Shown: positions 61,427 to 64,000 of the stretch, piece after piece
How positions within the stretch are numbered: the first letter of the stretch is position 1
How the letters are laid out: each line of letters begins with the position of its first letter
Assembly: GCA_030390025.1 (NCBI GenBank)
Contig: CM059431.1
Coordinates: forward strand, 104,286,001-104,350,000
From: Squalus acanthias
Taxonomy: Eukaryota
DNA: 64,000 nucleotides
Reading direction: 5' to 3'
The notes under the pieces: model-generated
What the model was told of the DNA's origin: nothing
Databases searched by the model: none
The model's input: only the letters and a program-made list of their open reading frames with translations
Translations under genes and position numbers: made by a program

Positions 61427-63064
61427 TATGTTTCTATGTTTCTATGTTTCTATGGCAGGTCAAGTAGAGATAAGAGAAGCAATCTGCCAATGGTGTGATA
61501 GGTTGTAACAATGAGGTGACAGTGGTTCCTGAATTTACTGAAAACACTTGAAACCTCTAGAAACCTAAATCTGTGCTGACAATGCACACAGCAACAGCAT
61601 TTCCCTTAGAAAAGTAAGCAGGTGCCAGGTGGCAGTATGTATTGTGCTTTCCATGCTGTGCATTAATGAGCTGCATCAATGGCCACTGAGCTTCCACCTC
61701 AGCTTGACAGACGTGGTTCCCGAGCTGCGTGATTCCCGTGGTCATGCAGTAAAATTGCAAAGGTCTGGTTAAAATTGAATTCTCCTTTGTCATTGGAGGT
61801 CCAGGCCCACGTGATCCCAAGGATGCTTCCGAACCGCCTGCGTCCCTGGGATCACGTGGGCCATTACGCTGCCCCCCCGCCTCGAGGCCTGAGACTGAAA
61901 TTCTACGTAGCCTGGGCACCAGGAGGTAATTTCGTAAATGCTTCGCTGGTCGGTGGCGTACTCCGGCGGTACGCCTCCGACTGCAATTTCTAGGACAACG
62001 TACTTTCACCGAGATAACGGACGAGGTTAAAGAAGACAGCTGCCCCGCTACACCCTGAGAGATTGTGGAAATGTTAAAGCTGCTTTAGCATTAGAGAGAG
62101 AGGGAGGATGGAAGGCTACTGAGAAGTTTGGTTTGCCAGAAGCCAGGGTATAAAGAAGGACTGTTTGACCCTGTAAAAGAAGAATAGTAAAGGCTGCAGT
62201 CGGTGGGGAAGGAATGCACTGTCCAAGAAGAAAAAAAGATGTCAGGCGCGCTCCCCACAGACAAGGGCGTGATCATCCCTTTGTTTTGGGTGTTATACAG
62301 ACGTTCCTTTTAAGGTTGTATTATTGTTAACTGTTTATTGAATAATTGGACTAAGTAATAAAGCATCGTTGACTTTACCAATACCTTGACTTATGTTTGT
62401 GATTGATCTTCCCTTTGGGTTTGAACCTAAAATCTATAGACGTTAGAGCGAAATCCTACAAAGTGGGTAAAATCCTAGTGATGTATCACACGATTAGCTG
62501 CCACACTTACTGCTGGGGAATCTGTAAAGTCAGTTATCACCGAGTGCTGATACAAACTGTGCTATACTTGGATAAATTAGGAAACATCTCTGTGGGTCAA
62601 CTGAGAAAACTGGGTTGATGCCGACAAACTATAATTGTATTTGTACATAAAGCACCAGGTTACTGGCCCAGAATTTGCACCTCACGGCGTGCCCTGTTGG
62701 TTAGACTTGTTCCTGTGCCCTTCAGCTGAAAACATTTTTGACCACAAAGTCGCTGGAAGGGCGAGCGGACAACGGGGCGTCTGGGACCTCGGTGGATGAC
62801 GGGACCAACAGTCTATCTCCTTAACCCCGTGGGAGTTAAGGACACAGGAACAAGTTGTTGGAGGAGAAATTAGGGTGAATTAGAGTCAAATCAGGTACAG
62901 AAAGAGAAATAAAGAGAGGGAAAGAAAGATTGGATTAATAGAGAGATAGAGAGAAGAGACAGAAAGGAAAAGTAAGAGAAAACTGTAAAAATGTAAAATT
63001 TGAGATTTTTAAAATCTCCAGCTGTGAAGGAATAAGCCATATAACCTATTCAGAAAAATACACT

Positions 63065-63816
63065 GGGGCAGAAATTCGGGTCTCCACGGGTGAGTACGCG
63101 CTGTGTACTCACCCGTAGGGCCACCGGAAGTGCCGGTTTCACGCATGCACTGCACATGCGCGGGAAATCGGAACTTCCGGTCTCGTGAAAGAAGGGGTTC
63201 GAGGGTCAACCGCGTGCGCCGGAGAGGCAGCGCGCACGCAGCGAACTTCAGGTTTCTCCGTGAGGGTAAGAACGGAGAAGCTGCGCAGGAAAAAAGGAGG
63301 CGCAAGGCCTGCTTTTAACAAGGTAAGTGGTGAATTAAGTAGAATTTAAACATTTTTTCAACAGGTTTATCTTTTTTACATACTTTAAAGAAAGGTAAGT
63401 TTATTTTTAGCACCGTTAAAAAGTGTAATTAATTTTTCAAAAATTTAAATTTTTGTTTAAAGTAGTTAATTTATGTAATTTATAGTTATTTTAAAAATGT
63501 GATGTTTCTTTTTAATTTATTTGAAGTTTAAGTGAGGTTTTGGGGCCGATCTCTATTCATAGATTTAACAGGTCTTCCTGTCAAAATCTATGAATGGAGA
63601 TTCCCTGCTCCGATTGGCTCTCCATGGCCCACGTGATCCCAGGAGACGCTTCGAACTAACTGCGCCCCTGGGATACGCAAGCACTGTGCGCTGGCAGCTG
63701 CAGGAGGCGCAGGAGCCGAAGTCCACGCGGACCCGAAGCACAACGGCAGGCGCGGTAGGTAAGTACGCGCGCGATCCTTGCACCCGCGGGAAGACGGAGA
63801 GCCGAATTTCTGGCCC
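63065..63816. mobile_element. Non-autonomous Harbinger-like element with AT-rich core
   Basis: TIR GGG(G/C)CAGAAATTCGG, 3-bp TSD ACT; inverted relative of 33436-34199. Confidence 0.85.
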
Positions 63817-64000
63817 ACTATCTTATGAAATAATTCTGGCCTTATTAAAGCATGACAAACTGGGTTTGGAAATTTAGAAACCTAACTATGAAGTAGCTAT
63901 GAAAGCATTCTGGCTATTGAGATAAGACAGTTGTTGACCCTGAATAAATAACCTTATTGAAACAGAAGGTGAAGGGCTCTGACAAGCTGAACTTTTGGGA

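Larger units (their letters stand above)
57655..61560. mobile_element. Decayed autonomous-type Harbinger transposon (convergent Myb-like and transposase genes), interrupted by a SINE and a MITE; right end uncertain
   Basis: TIR GGCCGGAATTTTC at 57655; sequence after 61454 resumes homology to ~46760-46860. Confidence 0.8.

Noticed and set aside
62000..62620. Possible solo LTR or other repeat fragment (AATAAA near 62357)
   Set aside because: No termini, TSD or second copy in the window to support it

Overview
Repeat-dense vertebrate genomic DNA, most likely from a cartilaginous fish, judged from HE1-type V-SINEs, SacSINE1-like DeuSINEs and shark-type CR1/L2/Penelope fragments recognised by eye. 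No host protein-coding exon could be supported. The main object is a complete minus-strand LTR element (4638-14358; ~1.66-kb LTRs, 4-bp TSD TAAG). It encodes a coiled-coil/capsid/Zn-knuckle Gag and an Env made of signal peptide + Ig-like domain + furin-cleaved class-I-type fusion protein + TM anchor, but has no protease, RT or integrase. The pol position holds an in-frame, non-enzymatic ORF behind a UGA-CUG stop, and this ORF contains a second copy of the Gag coiled coil. A diverged 5'-truncated relative (1292-4510, +) lies tail-to-tail 127 bp away. The window also holds a young Mag-like Gypsy element (49694-54154) whose PBS is complementary to its own LTR rather than to a tRNA end, a decayed two-gene Harbinger with many 3-bp-TSD non-autonomous derivatives, Penelope-like fragments carrying minimal hammerhead ribozyme motifs, and many LINE/SINE fragments. 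Family names come from motif recognition only; no database search was run.
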